This document shows, in pieces, positions 61,839-64,000 of a stretch of 64,000 nucleotides of DNA. How positions within the stretch are numbered: the stretch's first letter is position 1; each line of letters opens with the position of its first letter. Under the pieces are notes generated by a model. That model saw nothing but the letters and a program-made list of their open reading frames with translations, was not told where the DNA came from and ran no database searches. Made by a program: the position numbers and the translations under genes. This stretch comes from Guillardia theta CCMP2712 (lineage: Eukaryota; Protista; Cryptophyta). Location of the stretch: NCBI RefSeq assembly GCF_000315625.1, contig NW_005434592.1, forward strand, positions 286,126 through 350,125. The letters run 5' to 3'.

Positions 61839-63530
61839 ATGCACAAACTGGTCGGGGGCCTCGTGCTGCTGGCGGCACTGGAGACGTCGAGCGGCTTCCT
61901 GTCGCCATACAGCTTCAAGTCGGTCGACAGCATGAGGATCGAGAGGAGAGACGTGACCAGGCGCCTTCCTTCGCCTGCCATCTCCTGCTCTCCCTCACGC
62001 CGCGAACCTTCAGGTCTTCGCTTGGGCATGGCGGCAGAGGTTGAGAGCGCGAGGATCACACAAAGCAGCTTCCCGTTCGATGGCAAGCAGGTCTTCTACG
62101 TCAAGGTCGAGCCGCCTGAGAGCCTTCGCAAGCCTGACTTCCCGCCCATCATCTTCCTGCATGGCCTCGGGTCACACAGCGTTCACTTTAGCAAGAACAT
62201 GAAGGAGGTCAGCATGCAGACAGGCGCGTGCGTGTACGGGTTAGACTTCCTCGGGTTGGGGAGATCTTCGAAGCCGGTGCTCATTCTTGCTTGTCTGGAA
62301 CCATCTGATATTGTGACGCAGGGGAATACTCGATATGGACAGGACACCTGGGCCTGGCAAGTGAGTTGCTTGGTAGAAGAGGTAAGAAGTCTCTTCTTCT
62401 TGCTCTCTGCTTCTTCTTCTTGCTCTCTTCTTACCTCAGTCGTCCTGCTCTCCAGGTTCTCAATGCAGAGAAAGTCTTCATCGTTGGCCACTCCGCTGGA
62501 GGATACGTGGGCATGTGCTATGCTGCCGACCAACCAGCCAAGGTAGCAGGATTGTGCGTGGTCGGATGTGCAGGTAAACTTCTTCCTCCCTCCTCCCTCC
62601 TCCCTCGACTTTTCCTCTCCTCTTCTTGTGCCTCCGCCATTCCGAGACTCCCTCTGCCTGCCATTCCTTCCCGATTCCCACTTCACTAGTTCCGCATTCA
62701 CTTCCCTCCCTCTTGTCCGGTGCTCCCTGCTGCTCTCCTTTCTGTGAGCGCGCCATACATGCAGGACAGTACGGAGTAATCGGGCCAAGCCGATTCTACA
62801 TCCCCTTCCTCAGGATTGGGTTCATCTCCAAGGTAAAAGTCTCTTCCTACCTCCCGTTCAACTTACTGGCGAGCAGCTCGTGGGTGGATGGATAGTCGAA
62901 CAGATCAGAGATCCTGAGTATGAGAGGGAGGAGGGAGGAGAGGAGGGGAATGGGGATGGAGGGGGAGGGGCGGAGGGGGAGAGAGAGGGTCCCATGTGAT
63001 CTTGCTGGTCAGGCTGCTGAAGAAGCAGCTCGAAAGGATGTACGTCAACAAGGATGCGGTGAGTTTATCCTGCTCATTGTGCCTTTATCTTATCCCCTGC
63101 ATCTGCTTTTACCTCTCTTTCTTTTCCTCCTCCTCCTCCTCGTCCTCGTTTTCCTCCTCGTCCTCCTCGTCCTCCTTTTCTTCCTCCTTTTTTTTCCCCT
63201 TCTCCTTTCCCTCCTCCTTGTCCTTTTTCTTTTCTTCCTCGTCCTTCTCCACTACCACCACCTCCACTTCAACCACTATCTGCGTGCTGACAATCTCTCG
63301 GTACAGATCAACAAGAACCTGGTGGATGGATTGAGTTGCATCTGGAAAGACGAAGACACCTTCACCCGTGGAAAGGAGGTAAGAAGGAGGCGAAACGAGG
63401 CGCGAAGATAAGGTCGGGAGGAAGGTAGAGAGAAGTTCAGTGGGGCACGCAGTGAAGTAGGTCGGAGACGGACACGAGAAGCGGTTTGAAGGGGATAGAG
63501 GAACACGTGCAGGAGCAGGAGCACATGCAA

Positions 63531-63571
<41 letters not shown>

Positions 63572-64000
63572 CTGCAGGAGCGGCAGGAGCAGGAGCGCTG
63601 CAGGAGCAGCAGGAGCAGGAGCACTGGTGAAGTCATGGTCTCTTCTTTCTGACAGAATTCCTGGAAGATCTTCACCAACATCGTCAAGGGCGAACCAGGG
63701 AGGAAGTGGGGTCAGCTGGCAAGTTTCTCCTCGCTCATCCTCCTCATCCTCCTCTCCCTTTCACCTTCCCAGCTGCCTGCCGATCTTCTGATGCCCCACG
63801 CTCCTTCCCTCCCCTCCTCCACTTCATCTCCTCTCCTCCCCTCCCCTTCCTCGCTCTTCCAGTTTCCTATCTTCCTCTCTCTCTCTCCACCACCCCCCCC
63901 CATAGGGTCAGTCACGGTCCGGGCAAGAATTCTTACCGTTTCGGGTTTATTCATGAATTGTGATTATTCGAGTGGGACTATTAAAAAGGAATGCAAATAT
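61839..64000 (+). CDS. Plastid-targeted alpha/beta hydrolase (pheophytinase-like family), 3' incomplete
   Basis: Signal peptide MHKLVGGLVLLAALETSSG followed by F (FLSP) and an S/R-rich transit peptide; IFLHGLG, LDFLGLGRSSKP, nucleophile GHSAGG. Confidence 0.8.

Overview
This is gene-dense eukaryotic nuclear DNA, not prokaryotic. Most introns are short (about 43-55 nt), GT-AG with a CTGAC-like branch motif; a few have GC donors. Intron size, the gene families present (RWP-RK, PDZ-coiled-coil, BCCT) and bipartite-looking targeting peptides fit a cryptophyte alga such as Guillardia theta; this assignment is inference. About 22 intron-containing genes can be rebuilt by hand. They include a large IQ-LRR-C2-cNMP-like protein running off the left edge, a PDZ-TPR-RPAP3_C (SPAG1-like) co-chaperone, a TMEM70-like protein, an RWP-RK factor, BRX1, an ER DnaJ, an SLC25 carrier, a BCCT transporter, a histidine phosphatase, an SSXT+Myb fusion, a CSPP1-like protein, a TKL kinase, a PDZ-coiled-coil protein, EB1, and a plastid-targeted alpha/beta hydrolase. 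Non-coding features are a Mutator-like element (170-bp TIRs, 9-bp TSD) spanning an assembly gap, a 63-bp minisatellite, and recurring intergenic GC-rich islands. The islands are often flanked by GGGGTA/TACCCC tracts and several carry a shared TTTACTCAAAGT motif. The strongest leads are an EB1 with an in-frame signal peptide (possible periplastid targeting), the SSXT-Myb fusion, the intergenic island architecture and the young MULE. Exon boundaries were read by eye and are approximate where stated.
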